Shown: one piece after another, positions 27,301 through 41,891 of the stretch | Position numbering within the stretch: the first letter of the stretch is position 1 | Layout of the letters: the number at the start of each line of letters is the position of its first letter | Assembly (NCBI GenBank): GCA_001938485.1 | Contig: MQRK01187445.1 | Location: 86,164-150,163 of the forward strand | Direction of reading: 5' to 3' | Source: Girardia tigrina | Lineage: Eukaryota | DNA length: 64,000 nt | Notes under the pieces: model-generated | Told to the model about the DNA's origin: nothing | What the model saw: only the letters and a program-made list of their open reading frames with translations | Databases searched by the model: none | Program-made: the position numbers and the translations under genes

Positions 27301-30300
27301 TTGTTTGTTCAATAACCTCTTGTTAGCAATTTGCGAAAATTCCGATTAATCAAATTGTTCTTTTATGTTTTCTGATAGTATCTAAAACTTGATTTTCTTT
27401 GTAATTTGAAATTTCTTCTTTCTTTAGATTTTAAAATTTCTTTTTATTCCTTCTCCAGTTATTTAAATTTTTTGTACAATTAATAATTAGATAGAGATAT
27501 TAGTTACCTAATAATAATTGTAAAAGAGCTAACTGAAACGGATGTTTCAATGAGTTCTTTTAACAAATGATATAAATAAATAAAAATATAAAGAAATAAA
27601 TTTTACTTTAATTAAACTATATAACAATATAATAAAAGGAAATCACAAACATGTTCTGTCACAACAATTAATGACGTGATAATTGTTCTGATTGTCGACG
27701 ATGATTTGCAGGAGAATAATTCGTATTGTAATTTGAATTTTGATCGAGCTCGAAAGAGATTCTTTGAATAGGAATTGATTGTTGGGTTTTGTGGAATTAT
27801 TGTTGTAGTTGTTATTGCTATTGACGACGGCTGATGACGATGAGTGAGGATAAGATTCGATGGATTGAGATTGAGATTAATTAAGGTTTGTAGCAACCAA
27901 TTGTTGCATTAAGTTCGAAAATAAATCCAAAAATATAGAATCCATTGCATAATATAATATTTCAATTTGGTAATTGAATAGGAGGGAGAGGGTTCCTTTT
28001 GAGTAACTTATTACACTTTCTAAATAAAATCCTATTAAATTATTGGATTATGCTATCAATGCTGAGTTCGTTGATTCGGTTAATTCTGAATATAATTGTG
28101 ATTGTTTAAAGTCACAAAATAAGGAGTGATATGAAATACGAATCCGTACTGTTACGGTTCATAAAATGTCCTGATACAAATTGTTTCGAAAATCTTCATA
28201 GCAGCATTTTTGCAATGCTAAAAGACAGTTTCAGAAGGTTATTAATTTGAAAGGAGTTTTTCTCCTCTTTTATCCTCTTTCTACCGATTCATGGAAAAGA
28301 TCCTTTAATAAGAGCAGGGGATTCATAGACAATTCAACTGATATAATTTCTTTCTCCCTTTCAGATTTTTCTTGCCAGCTTTTTCTTATCATTTGCTGGA
28401 ACATAGAATATTCCATTTTCAAAATCACCTCTTCTATACAGATTCATAAGCTTCTGAACCGCAGTTTTTCATAAATTCAAATTCAGCATTATTTCCTTTT
28501 GTTTTTTTTTTGTTTCAGAAGATTTAAGAAGATGTCGATTGTTCCCTATATAATATGCTTTCGTTTCTTCTTTTCGTGTCTCACATGTGATCCAGTCTCA
28601 TTATTTGAAGATTCGTTATCAAAATATTTTTCATATTCATCATCATAATAAACCATTGTAATTATTTTTATCAATTATTGTAATTTTTTAAAACTCCATT
28701 TCTTGTTATCGTGATCTTTTGTTATCAACTTTTTTTCTTCTTCCGTTTATTTTATTATTGATTATATCTTTCGTTATTTATTTATTTTATTTATTTTTAT
28801 AGCTAAAAACAGATAACTAGATTACGGTTTATCAGTTAGCTTACTTTTAAAGTGTTCTTAATAAGTATTATGCTAAAACTATCTATATTTTTTTGTATTT
28901 TATGATATTATTAAAATTATTTTTTCCGTAGGAATAAGTATTTCGATACAGAAAAATAAAGTAAAAATTGAAACTTTTTTACAGGACACTGAATATAGCC
29001 AGAGTTAATTGTGAGCTTATTGGTGTTTCAAATTAATTAACTAGTAAAATTAAAATAAGAATAAATACAGGAAGAGACTTACAGAAACCTTACTTCCAGA
29101 AAAGGGTGTTATTAAAAATAATTTAAAATTTAAATAAATTGGTATTAAAAATTTAAATAAATCCTATCACTTTTAAAAAAATTTTGCAATATTTTTATTT
29201 GATATATTGCTTTCATATTTCCAAACAAACACTTTCATAAATGAAAAACATCAACAATGCTTCAACGTAATTGTTAACTCAAAAGATTCATTTTAAATTA
29301 AAATTTCAAAAAAAAATAGTTTCCATAATAATTTGGTAACCCATTGCTTCTTTTATTTAATCTTTAAAATTTTTAACAAACATTAAATATTCATATATTA
29401 TTTTGGGATAGTTGTAATTATTTTTTAATATTTAATATTAAATATTATTTTTAAAAAAGAAAATTATTAAATTTGGATTTCTTACGAAAACAATTATTTT
29501 TCGCTTCATTTAAGATGATGAACGAATCAATGAGCAACAATTTTTGCTCCTTAATATGTCGAATCCTTTTTGTATAATTTTCGTAGCAAATAATATTTTT
29601 TTAATACTTCGTAAAATTATGTAATTTAGGTATTTTAAAACTTGTGATAATTGATGAAATTTATTTCAAAGTCGCCTTTGGAATATTGGTTTTGGTAAGA
29701 TAAATGTTTTGTATTTTTCTAAAAATAGAACACAGTTTAACCAAAGTATTTGAAACATAATTTAGAAAATCGAACATTCGGATAAATAGATACAAATTTA
29801 TTCATTATTTAAAATAATATATGATTGAATTTTCATTTCAATCCAAATATTATTTATATATGAATATCTCTTATTTTTTAAGCAGTAAATTTTCACATGA
29901 TCGCATCTAGAATATGATAAAAATATTTTAAAATACGAGATCCATTGATATGAAACAGTTGATCTCTACTTTTCTATACTCGTGTCCCCCATTTGAAATG
30001 TCATATTTAATTGTGAACAACCAATCATAACCGTTTTGTATATAATTTCATAATATGTAATGAAATTATAATATTGCAAGATCTAACAGTATTAGTTTAT
30101 TAGTAATTTCCTTTTCAAAAATGATTTGTAATTTTATAATAATCGATAGTTCTTAACATAAAGATGGTTATTATATAATTGAGTATGAAAAGTAACAATT
30201 AGTAATATTTGCATTAATAAATTAATTATAACTCTTCATTTATTATAATAAGAAAGAATATAATAGTATACTATATAAATTGATATTAAAAATAATAAAA

Positions 30301-31899
30301 GTTATTACTATTATTGTTATTAATAATTGTGATACTCTGAACTTTATCTTCTTTCTATTACTACATTTTTAACTTCTTTATTTTTTTAATGTATCATTCT
30401 CAAAAAATTTTTATGTAAAGGTATTACATTTATTTTTCTTTTATGTGTGAAAGGTTAATTCACTAATAATTGTAAAAGTTTTCCTTGTAGTATTTATTTT
30501 TTTATTTCTGTGTATTATTTTTTAAGATTATTTGTAAAGAATTATATTCAGTTTTCCTTAAAAAGGATAACGGATCAAAGATTTTATTTATCTATTTTTT
30601 TAAGAAAGAAGTCAAAAACGGTAAAAGAAGAAATAATAATTAATCGTAGACAAGCCATGACGGTTAATTATAATTCTAAATTAAAAATTCAAATAAAAAT
30701 TGATTTTTTTGAATCAATACACATTTATTATGACAATTAAATTAAAATATGAACGCGTATCCATAAAGATATCGCGAGTTACTGATACTGAATAAAAAAC
30801 AATCACTGCTAAACGATTTCGAATTTATCAAACAGCGATAATTATTGTCCATAATCTATATTTCAAATACCAGTTATCAATTCTGATTTAGAAGAATCAC
30901 GAATAACTATTCCTATCCATTATCCCAATTACATTTTCGATTTATTACGGCAAAAATTATATTCGTAACAACATTGTGTATTATCACAAATTTACACTGT
31001 CTCGGACTTTTGTTTTCCTTAGTCTACAATTATCAAATGGATCCAAATTTCGTTCCATTAGTTTCTCAATATTATTTTTTGGAAAGAAATTTGACAGACT
31101 ACAAATATCAAGTTTTTAATTGTTTAATACACTTAATTACTGTATTCGATTGTCACAAAAATAAACATTTTATTGTTAAAAGTTGATTATTAGTTCTATA
31201 CTAAACTCACCAAATTTAATATTTGGTTAGTTTAGTATATTATTATCAAGTAAAATAACGTATTTGCTTTCCATAACAGTCGGTGAATAGGTTATTTTAC
31301 AATAATAAATTCATTAACACCACCAATTCTATAAATGAAAATTTTATTAACATAATATATTATAAGTAAATATAAATAAATAAAAAGAAATATTATGAGT
31401 TATTATTATAAAGTAGTAATACGTTGAAACTCCTTAGGAGTGAGTATCCTTATATTGAACTTAGCTTTGACGGTTGTGGCAATATACTGTTAATGTATTA
31501 GTAAATATTATCAATTGAATATAATTATAATTATGGAATATTAACCTTCTAGCGGGCGCGCTATATATTTTATATTAAGCAGGTGCACGTCATATTTTTT
31601 GCGACCAGTACGATTTGATATTTTTGAAAACTTTTTGATACAGTATTTAGAATCTCAAAATTTTCATTACTAAAATCACTATCGTAACTTCTTACAACTT
31701 CATTTTTACTGGATGAAAGGAGGCACAATATTTCAAATTTCAAAACTTAAGGTACGTGTTAATTCTATTGCCCTAAATAAATGACGAGGTTAATTTTGTG
31801 AAGAATATGCAATTTTAATTTCAAACTAAACTGGAGCATATATTTTCATCACATACTTTGAAATTGTTTTGAGAGTTTCATTTGGCCTACTTGTTGCAA

Positions 31900-32900
31900 C
31901 ATACAATCGTAAGATACGATTTGCAGTAGTGAGCCATCGATAATGTACTAACTTTCCACGATTCTTTTGCTGTAATCACTTTCATATGAAATTGATTAAA
32001 CCATATCATATAAATATTTCTTATCAGTGCTTAGATGCGTTTGATCAATTGTTGGAAAATTAGTTGTTATTGATTTGAAGTCAACAATTTATAATTTCTC
32101 ACAGCGCTTTTTACCGATATTAGGAATATACCATTTTTGGTTACCAGTTATTCAAGATTTGAATAATACTGCGAAAAGGTTATTAATTTGCATGATATTA
32201 ACATATGAACCAGTAAATTGGTTTGTTTAATTTTAGTTCCATCAATCTCAGAACATCTATCTCTATACAAGTATTAACTGTTTTTACGTCGCATCCAAGT
32301 ACATCAATATAATATACAGTTACATCTTTTCTATCATAAAGGTATACATTCCTTTAAAAATTGACTGAGCAGAACCTGCCTTCACCAATTTGTGACAAAA
32401 ATATTTATCCAAGTTCTAAAACAATTGATATATGCTCTTCTTGTATATTTTGATTTCTGCATTTCCCTCTAATCACGATTTGCTTAAGTTTCTCATCATT
32501 CCTACCATCAAAATAAAGACCAACGATATTTTTTCAGCTGTTTCATGTGTCCTTTAGAGATATTCTTTTTTGACGACAACTAAATTTTGATCTATGAATC
32601 ACTAGTTGTGGATTTTTTTCTGAGCTTTTAACTTTATCTTATAATACACAGCTTGCAATAATAACATATCTGTCTGAAACTCCAGTTCTGTCACAAGTTG
32701 AAGCTAATTTGTTTTTAGATCTGTTTGGAAAATGTCCTCTTTTTGTGGTACATTTCTCTGTCGGTCACAATTTCATTCTGAAAAAGACTTACAGGCTAAA
32801 ACCTTAAATAACATTTTCTCTGCCTTGCTTCTGCAAACATGAACGTTTTTCTTAAAATTAGTATTGTGAGGGATAATTTGGAATGTTGTAAGTTTGTTGT
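31900..32900 (-). mobile_element. Second decayed hATm-like transposase fragment
   Basis: VGLYFDGRND, EEHISIV and GCDVKTVNT...VLRLMELKLNKPIYWFIC.YHAN (GCDGT.VNTG / QW.IC.LH.NE-type motifs). Confidence 0.6.
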
Positions 32901-33527
32901 TTGTATGCTGTTTAGATTTGTGACTCTCCTCAGATTGGATTGATATGTTTATTGATTGATTATTTGAATTTAATGATATTAATTTTAAGTACTAATTAAT
33001 TAAAGTTTGATAATTATGAATTTTAATAATATTTTCAGTAAATGATTTTAACTTATTAAATGTAATATATTTTAAAAATTAATGTTTATTTAAAAAATTA
33101 TGTAATGACTTTTATCCAATAAAAATTATGAGAAATTAAAATTTATTCATTGTTTTTTTAGATTTGAATATATTAACAAAAAACTATATCAATCAAAGAA
33201 AGATGACCAATGAGAATTGTTGTGAAGAAACTGTGTTGTCAATAAATGTTTGCATTCAAATTGTGATGCTGTTAATAAGTATCATATTTTCCTCTTTTAC
33301 GTGGTTTCAGAAGATTTTGGTATTTCTTTTGTAAGTCAATAATAAATTTTCAAATTCGATTATCTGATACAGAGAATCAGTGATTTGATCTATAGACTTA
33401 TTAATTTTTTCTATAATAATCTTAGAGATTGAGTTTTGATTTAAGAACCTATCTCATATAAATAACATTTCATGATATCTGTATGTTTCTAGCAATCTTT
33501 CACTAGAAGAACAAACATTATAAACTA

Positions 33528-35041
33528 CCGTGTTACCCCAAATAGTTTGAACGTGCGCTAATTATCCGAATAAATTGCGCGGTCAAATTATTTGGCTATT
33601 TTAGCTTAAATTTTTAATTTTCTCATATATAATGAATAAAATGGAAATAATTGAAAATAAAATTAATTTATCATTTTTATTTAAATAAAGTTCATTATAA
33701 AACTATAGGCGTGAAAATTAATTCTGAGATTATTGATTCAGTTTTATGAAAATTAACGGTAAAATAATTATAATGTATAGAAGAATTATTAATAAAAGTT
33801 ATTTTAACTTTAGTAAATATTAAAATGCCAGTCGTTAAAAAATATAGACAAATTAATATTAAACGAAAATTATTTATAATAAACCAAGTTGATGGTACGA
33901 AATCAATTCATTCTATCGCAAACGATAATGATGTTCCTGAGTTAAATATCGGGAGATGGTTAAAGCTAAAAGATGAATTAAATAGATTAGTAAAAGAAAA
34001 TGCAGTTCAAATACATTCTTATGTATTAATTAGTATATCATGCAAATAATTAGTATATCATGTTGGTGAAGATTTTGATATTAATGATATTTGTATTTTA
34101 TATGAACCATTAAGAAAATATTGGAATACAGAATTTGATAAATTAGCATAGAAAGAAAAATATAAAAATTCTAAATAAAATGTAACAACAAAATTTCTTC
34201 AATGAAAATAATTAATAATGGATAGTTAAAACAAAATCTCTTTGGATGACTATATGTAAGTCTCCATATTGATGACCAAATATTTAATGATTGGAAAGAA
34301 ATTAAACATCAATTTACTTCTTTTCTTGAAAATTCAGATGAATTGTCTGAATTGTATGATGAATGTGAACAATCATTACTTGTGGATTCTTTGGACATTA
34401 AATAAAGATAAATTCAGTCAAATTTTCAGCTATTTTTTCAAACGGTTTTCGGGTATTTTAAAGAAAACTGTTTTACGATTTAATTTTTTTTAATAATAAA
34501 ATTAAAAATAAATCAATAACAATTTTTTCCTAATTCTTAGGAGTAAAAGACATTAAAGAATATTACTATAAATATCAGGTGGAAAGTTGATTTTGAAAAA
34601 TGAAATAAAATTAAAATCAATTTTTTGATCACGTTTTTGAAAATCCACCGGCATATTTATTTAAGAAAATGTCTTTTGTACTCCTTTATACTCAGGAATT
34701 TTTTCATTTTTTTTGAATTGGTAGAACATAATTAAAAAAATAAAAACTAATTTTTTTTTCAAAATATCGTATTTAAAACTCTAATTAAATCTAAATATTT
34801 AAACAAATATTTTGAATATTATCTAACTGAAATATATAAAAAAATAGTTTTTCAATTGCAAATATACATTTTATTCATAAAAATATTTAGAAAATTAAGA
34901 AATTGTTGTTAAAAATTATATTATTTTAAGTATAAGTTGTTTTTGTATGTCAGTTTTATTGGAAAAGAAAAAAATGAGGTGGCTCACTCTGTTTGGCCGG
35001 AGTCTATTTCGTGGGGTTGGGTGGTTTTTGGGGTATCACGG
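33528..35041 (+). mobile_element. pogo/Tc2-like internally deleted element
   Basis: TIRs ccgtgttacccca / (rc) ccgtgatacccca, TA on the left. ORF 33825-34049 encodes a psq/CENP-B-type HTH (KLFIINQVDG.KSIHSIA...DVPE..IGRWLK). Confidence 0.72.
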
Positions 35042-35728
35042 TTTATGATTTAAAAGAAAATTATTTTTCTGTTAACGATTATTCAATTCGAATTTTTGAT
35101 TGACGAATTGAGACAATTTACTGTACGATTGCTGAATTATGCTGTGACGAATTTTTAAATAATTGAAACGATTTATTGCGAAATTCGTGTTACAAATTTT
35201 TGAAAATAAGTCATTGTTTCATATTTAATAGTTGATCGAATTTGAATTTTTTAAAATGAAACACAAATAAAACAAATGATGGTCAGTCTAAATAATCTTA
35301 ATTGGGCCCAGTATGAAATTCTTGAGTGCCATATCTCTGCTACTACCGCCCGGTCTTAGATGGAAATAAGATGGCACATTTCCTGGTAGCAGAGCGTAGC
35401 TTAAACCACCCACTCGAAATCCTCATGTTCGATGATCCGCTGGATGTTTTGATCTCTGATAGAACGTTGATCCATGAGTTTGCCAAAGATGTCTTCTGAT
35501 ACTAGTCGATGAGCCGCTATTTTATTTACAATTCTCACTGTCTATCCGCATTCATTTTGCACTCAGTGAGAAATAATAATATAATAATAAGATAGATAGA
35601 TAGATGGATAGATAGATATATTCCAAGGCTTTTCTTCTCTTTCTGTACGTCCTTTTTAAGATATTGGATTTAGTTATCATTCTTTTAAAAATGATAGTGA
35701 GAGATACAGCTAGGATCAAAAATATCAA

Positions 35729-35837
35729 ACCCTCACAGGAAAATCGGTAACACTTGAAGTTGAATCGATCGATAAGATCAAAGACGTAATAAAAAATCCA
35801 TTACAGAGAAGGAATTCATCCAGATCAACAGATTCTC
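35729..35837 (+). pseudogene. Degenerate ubiquitin fragment
   Basis: TLTGKSVTLEVESIDKIKDV, then a frameshift, then IHYREGIHPDQQIL. Ubiquitin reads [20 protein letters not shown]...IQDKEGIPPDQQRL. No start codon and no C-terminal GG. Confidence 0.8.
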
Positions 35838-36351
35838 AAACTGACAACTATTATTATAAACTAAACAAAGAAATGAGTTTGGATAGTATTGTAAAAATCT
35901 TTATACGACTCTATTATTTATTTCTAATAAATAACATACAATTATTATGTATAACTAAACATATTTTTATTTAGGTTATTTAATATATAACATATTTATA
36001 CTAAATATGTATTTATATGTATATTAGATTAATAACATCCTCTTCCTTTTCCAATACCCAAAGAAAAGTCTTACTATAAGGGACCTTCTTTTGTGGGTTT
36101 GTTCGGGAAAGAGGGGAAAATTATTTTTATTATTCATATTATAATTAAAAATGTTAATTATATTTATTTATAAATTAAAATTATTATAGTCCATGGTAAT
36201 ATTGATTTGTCGATAATACTATAGACAATATAAAATTCAAATTATAATTATACTGATTATAATTGATACTTGTAGCTGAAGCATTTTTTTTAAAACAAGA
36301 CATTTCCAGGACTGAAAAATTTTTTACTGAAATGAATATTAATTGAATCAA

Positions 36352-36387
<36 letters not shown>

Positions 36388-37014
36388 NNNNNNNNNNNNN
36401 NNNNNNNNNNNNNNNNNNNNNNNNNNNNNNNNNNNNNATATATATATATATATATATATTCCAAGGTTTTTCTTCTCTTTAACGATATTATTAATTGAAA
36501 CTAAACATTTTCGGAAACCAATATTAATTGAATCGAAAAATTTCCACCAAACGATAAAAAAGTATTGAATGACACGAAACAATAAGATTTAATGAAATGA
36601 AACGTTTCTAATCATCTCGAAACGATAATATTAATTTAGATTGTGTTACTATAATAAACTAACAAATCCTCTATTAACTATCGAAACATTCTATTATTTG
36701 ACATTAACTGATCGGCATTATTCACGGCGGCACGAGGTAGTAGGCAATCGGTTGATGTTGACGTCATACGAGATCGTCATGATCCCTTTCTTGGACTGAA
36801 AGTCTGCTTTTCCTTTTTAAGCTGTGATATATAAGTTTTATTTATACATGGCTTGACGTTTCTGTACCGAAAACAATTTTTTAACAATATTTAATAGTTT
36901 CATTTTCACATAAAAATATTCCCCTTTAAAAAAAACAATATCCAATATATATATATATATATATNNNNNNNNNNNNNNNNNNNNNNNNNNNNNNNNNNNN
37001 NNNNNNNNNNNNNN

Positions 37015-37049
<35 letters not shown>

Positions 37050-38512
37050 ACTAATCAATCTAGAACAAGCTTTGTTCTACATTCATAATGTTAGTAATAT
37101 TTCGAGTTGAAAATCCCTGTTGGCTTAATATATGGTTATTTTTTATCTGAGCACACTGACCCGATAAAAGTTCACGCGTTTTTGGCATTCTTACTGATAA
37201 ATTACTGAAGTATCATTTTACTAAAATTGACAGTTTACAACAATCGCTCTATGATATGACAACTAATACACGGAAGTCCTTCAACATTTGAAATGGTGCG
37301 TCAGTAACGCTTTAGTGCGCATTCAAGACCAGTCCAGCGGAGCCACACATTCCGAGACAGTGCAGCTTTTGTCCTTGTTTCTATACCACCCCAATGGCAG
37401 CAGTCCATTGCCAGGTTAACACAAATCGTTTGCTCAATTTGTTAAATAATGACAGCAACTGTACCAATGACTCCTGCAGGCTATGCGCTCAAAGGCACGT
37501 TGTCAAACCGACACACATCCGAGATTGCTATCACCGCTGGTACCATATACCGCCATTCCTTACACGGTACAATGCATTAGGATTGGTTATTTTTAGAGGT
37601 AAACCGAAAAATGCCCGTGCACTGAAGGCATCCAAAGCCATGCGAGAGGATCAGAAGTTTTTGTATTTTTTGAGGTTTCCACCCGATACAGTCTATGATT
37701 CTCTTCCCTCTGTGTTAATGCTGAGTATTGTAGTTTTCTATATATACACAGTTATCGGTCACAGTTTGGGGCGGCTTATAAATTGTAGAGACCTTCCGTC
37801 ATCATCTTAACAATCCGAACAAAACTATTGAACGTAATTTAAATAGCAAGAAAATTGTAGAAGAAAATAATTTTGAAAAATATTTGCAAAGACTGATACT
37901 GACACTTGATTAATAAGATTTTTACATCCAAAGATTAATATTGAAACATCATTCCATTTCTTTTTTAAATATTTTAAAGTAGAATATAATTTTGATTTAT
38001 GATCAAGAAAGGCATTAGTTTTATATGAAAATAATACTGGATAATCAACTAAAATTATATTAATAATTTGACAAAATAGCATGCTGAACTTTCTTTTAAA
38101 TTATTATATTGATATATTGTATAGTACAAGACTTTTTTGAAGTAGCGTATTTTGAATATAAATATTCAAGTTAAATCGAAACCCGGAAGTTATTTTCTAA
38201 CATCAATATAATTCAATAATATTTTTATGCAAAACATTTAATAAATTAAAATTAATTGCAGGATATTTTTTAATTTTGTTTAAAATGATAATAGATGAAT
38301 ATACATTGTTTATATAATTTTGTTGAATAAATCTCGGTACTTTATTTTCTTCTTTCTTAATTATGAAAAGTCGAACAATTCAAAAATTATTTTAAAATAT
38401 TTTGTTGAATAACAATACTTAAATAAATAAATTAAATTTTAAATAAAAAGAAATGATAACATTGCTTTTTAAGTTGTTTATAAATTTTAAATAATTGTTT
38501 TCTTAGATTATT

Positions 38513-38570
<58 letters not shown>

Positions 38571-39059
38571 NNNNNNNNNNNNNNNNNNNNNNNNNNNNNN
38601 NNNNNNNNNNNNNNNNNNNNATATATATATATATATATATATATTCTTGTGACAGTCTATGTGATTGGGACGACTGTCAGTCTTTGTTGAACCAATCAAG
38701 AGTTTCGTGTTCTCTCACTCTCTGCCACGCATGGACGCTTGACTGAACAGATGTACCACCTTGCTGGAGCTCTCAAGCACAAATTGCCGCCATAGTCGCT
38801 GAATTCTTCGTGATTGAAATCGTTTAAGTTTTCATTGTCTTCATGGTTTATTATTCGTTTGTGTTGTCAATGTTGCTCGTCGGCACTTTGGAGTCGTTTT
38901 GAACCTGACCGATATCTGATGTACACAAAAAAAACTAATAGAACACAACTTTAGGGTAACATTAGACAAATTACGTGGTTGACGCATTAATTACCCGAAA
39001 TGGATAGAAAGCATTAAATATAATTTAATGAATTTTTTTGCTATTAAACTATAATATCT

Positions 39060-39980
39060 ATAGGTAATGAAAATGCAATTTGTTTTATTGCATCATTTTG
39101 TTTACATGTCCTATAGCCACGGAAATAAAATTTTGCACATTTCTTCATTTTTCCAAATGAATCCTGTTCAGTATCGCAGTGTGATTAAATTTCTTGTGCT
39201 ACGAAGGGTAGACAGCTATGAAATTATCAAGCAGTTAAGGGATGTTTATGGAATAAATTGTCCCTCTAAAACGACAGTTTATGATTGGATTGCCCAGTTT
39301 AAACGTGGAAGGACAACAGTTTTTGATGAAGAGAGACCAGGACGATCAGTGGAAATCGATCAAGACAAATTAGAGAAACGTTGTGAATAAATTCATCAAA
39401 ACAGAGAGAAAAATCACTGTAAAGGCGCTTGGAGCTAGCCTGAACATCAGTGAACGGAAAGCACGTTAGGTATTGGAATCCCTTTGAATATGGAAGCTGG
39501 TATCTCGCTTTGTGCCACGATTTCTGTAGGGAGAGATGTGCGAGGCACGTTTGCAGTGTTCTCAACAAAACCTGGATTTGTGGTAAGAACATGGACAACG
39601 ATATATATCCAATATTGTCACTGTAGATGAGACACCGCTAAGCCTCTATGTACCCGAGAGTAAAAGAGAATTTTCAGAATGCCGCCTTCTAAATGAAAAA
39701 CCAGCACTGAAAGTGAGGTTCGGGACAGGCCATCGGCGATGTCTTATGCTGACTGTATTTTGGGACGGTGATGGTGTCATAAATTGGATTTCGCAGACAA
39801 AACTGTGAAACCGAATAGCGCCCACTATGTCTCACTCATTGCTGAGACCAGATCACTGCCTAAGAAGAATAGAGGCTCACCACTGTGGCTGTTGCAAGAC
39901 AACGCACCAATTCACAAAAATGCCCTTTCCACATAGGCTATTGATGATGCAGGTTTCATCCTCGTCCCTCATCCTCACAT
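39060..39980 (+). mobile_element. mariner transposase remnant
   Basis: YRSVIKFL, PSKTTVYDWIAQFKRGRTTVFDEERPGR, NIVTVDET, MLTVFWD and LLQDNAPIH; truncated at VPHP. Confidence 0.88.
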
Positions 39981-41287
39981 CTTATTCACATCACTGAGAA
40001 AAAGTTCTAACAGCGGCAACCACAACTTATGATTTTTTTTGATGTTGAAGACAAGAATGCACGAAGGTGGTCCCAGCACTTAAAACAAGGTGACACCAGT
40101 CTTGAAGATGAAGTTATGGCGACAATCAGTGGTAAATCAGGAGGAACAGCAGCTCCGTTCGAGCACCCAAAGGGTTTTGGATTTGAATTAAAAAGGAAAA
40201 CTTTAATTTCAATGTATTATATACAATATATAATTCTATAAAAACGTCCATTTGATTAAAGCTTTTATATAATTATTAAACATGTGTCGATGATTCATTC
40301 ATCATCATCAGCAATATTTAAAAATATGAATTTTCGTTTTTATTAAGTAATATGATTTTAAAATTTTATTAATATTAAATGGTAAAAATTATTATTAATA
40401 TTATAATTTATTAAAAATTATTACTTGCTTTAAAATTATTATTTTCAATTTTATTAGGAATGCGAGATCAAAATTTAAATTTGTTGCTATTTAATGATCT
40501 TCAAAAACTTTCCAGGGATCTTACTTAATCATTTGTATTTATATTGTAAGTAAAGATTGTATGTAGAACGGACTGTTTGAGTGCTTGAAAGTTTTCTGAA
40601 CTTTACTCCCCCATCAAAGGTTATTGAATTTAAGTTTTGAACTTTGAAAGGAAGTGAAAATTGGTACTAATAGCAATGAAACATGTTATTTAAAAAATAA
40701 TTTATCGGTATTTTAAGAGACTATGAACACTTACAGTCCGACTATTAAAACAGATAAACCTACTTACTATTTTTCGCATTGGAAGAAACTTTTTTGATTT
40801 AACAATGGATTAAAATGTGTTAATTTATTTGGAGAATATTATAAATATACGGATCTATAGATAAAGTGGCGTTACTATTTATTTGTTTTGTTCACTTTGT
40901 ACTTTTAATTCCTATTCAAACAGCTTAATTTGTGTTAACGAAGTAAAGAATGGATGCTTAAAGTTTGTAAACACATTTTGTGTTACCAAATCAAAATTAT
41001 GGTTATGCTCTCTTGTAGAATGGAAGTTACCTTGCGAACATTATCTGTTGACATTAATCTTATAAAATACATTTTTAATTTTTCCCGTAATCTTCATACA
41101 TCAAAATTTTTAAATAAATAATTAAAATCAGTATAGATTATTAATAATATTTTATTTTTTCTTTTATCATTCGCGTTGAAGAGATTTTTAAATGTCTATT
41201 AAAAATAATTATTTTTAGAGAACTATAAAAAATATTTCCCAACGTATTAAATATTAGATTTATTAAATAAAATTAAATTCACTTTAG

Positions 41288-41724
41288 ATTATTGGACAAA
41301 TTGTTAATATTATGCCCAAATTGCGATGGCTGTGATGAAGTAATGCCTCGGTCTGAATTGGAAGCACACCTTTTATATTGGTGTCGAGCGATTCCGTCAC
41401 AATCAAATAATCTAAGTCTCGGTAATTCATTTCAACCCAGTAAAAGTTCCCCTGGAAATAATAAGTGGGATTGTGCATTTGAAAAGTCCCCTAACACCAC
41501 TAGTACAACTGTCACAATAAGCTCAACGAATTCCGGACCATTAAACGAACCATCTGGTTCTTCTACTGCTGTTAATACTTGTGAAGATCCTATCTCAGTT
41601 TCGAGTTCACCTCATGAAATAAGTAATGTTAAAAATACCAGTCGTTCATCTGGAGCCACAGGTCAAAATCATCATAAAAACACTGTAAGATTCGATGCCA
41701 TGCCTCAATCAAGAAGAAAAAATT
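41288..41724 (+). CDS. LNX: LNX1/2-like exon: post-RING zinc finger plus Ser/Thr-rich linker
   Basis: Acceptor actttag|A completes the split codon AG+A (Arg) from the previous exon. Reads LLDKLLILCPNCDGCDEVMPRSELEAHLLYWC, matching the LNX2-type LLDKLL.LCP...C..VM.R..LEAHL...C. Donor placed at gtaaag (41725) because it gives the required phase 1 and a 51-nt intron; this end is less certain. Confidence 0.85.
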
Positions 41725-41775
41725 GTAAAGCTTCTTTTTGTAAAAGGTAAAGTATTTATTTTTTTCTCGCTTTAG

Positions 41776-41891
41776 ATTCTATAAACGAGGAACACAGCAT
41801 TTCTAATGACAGTTTATCCACAATTATCATTGATCGATCATCGAATTCTGATTTAGGGATCAGTTTTGTGGGTGGATCTGATACTCCTCTG
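41776..41891 (+). CDS. LNX: LNX1/2-like exon: N-terminal half of PDZ1
   Basis: Acceptor tctcgctttag|AT and donor CTG|gtaatc. Translates SINEEHSISNDSLSTIIIDRSSNSDLGISFVGGSDTPL, with the PDZ GLGF-like loop LGISF and the LNX-typical VGGS(D/E)TPL. Confidence 0.88.

Noticed and set aside
35478-35497. tttgccaaagatgtcttc resembling an 18S rRNA segment
   Set aside because: Under 20 nt of similarity, and the flanks do not continue the rRNA match.
37394-37810. 138-aa ORF
   Set aside because: No recognisable domain or splice context; the opposite strand has only a vague hAT-like AHSL remnant.
41725-41750. ORF-track C-terminus CKASFCKR-stop, and a donor at 41747
   Set aside because: Read-through into the intron; the 41747 donor has the wrong phase and would give a 29-nt intron.
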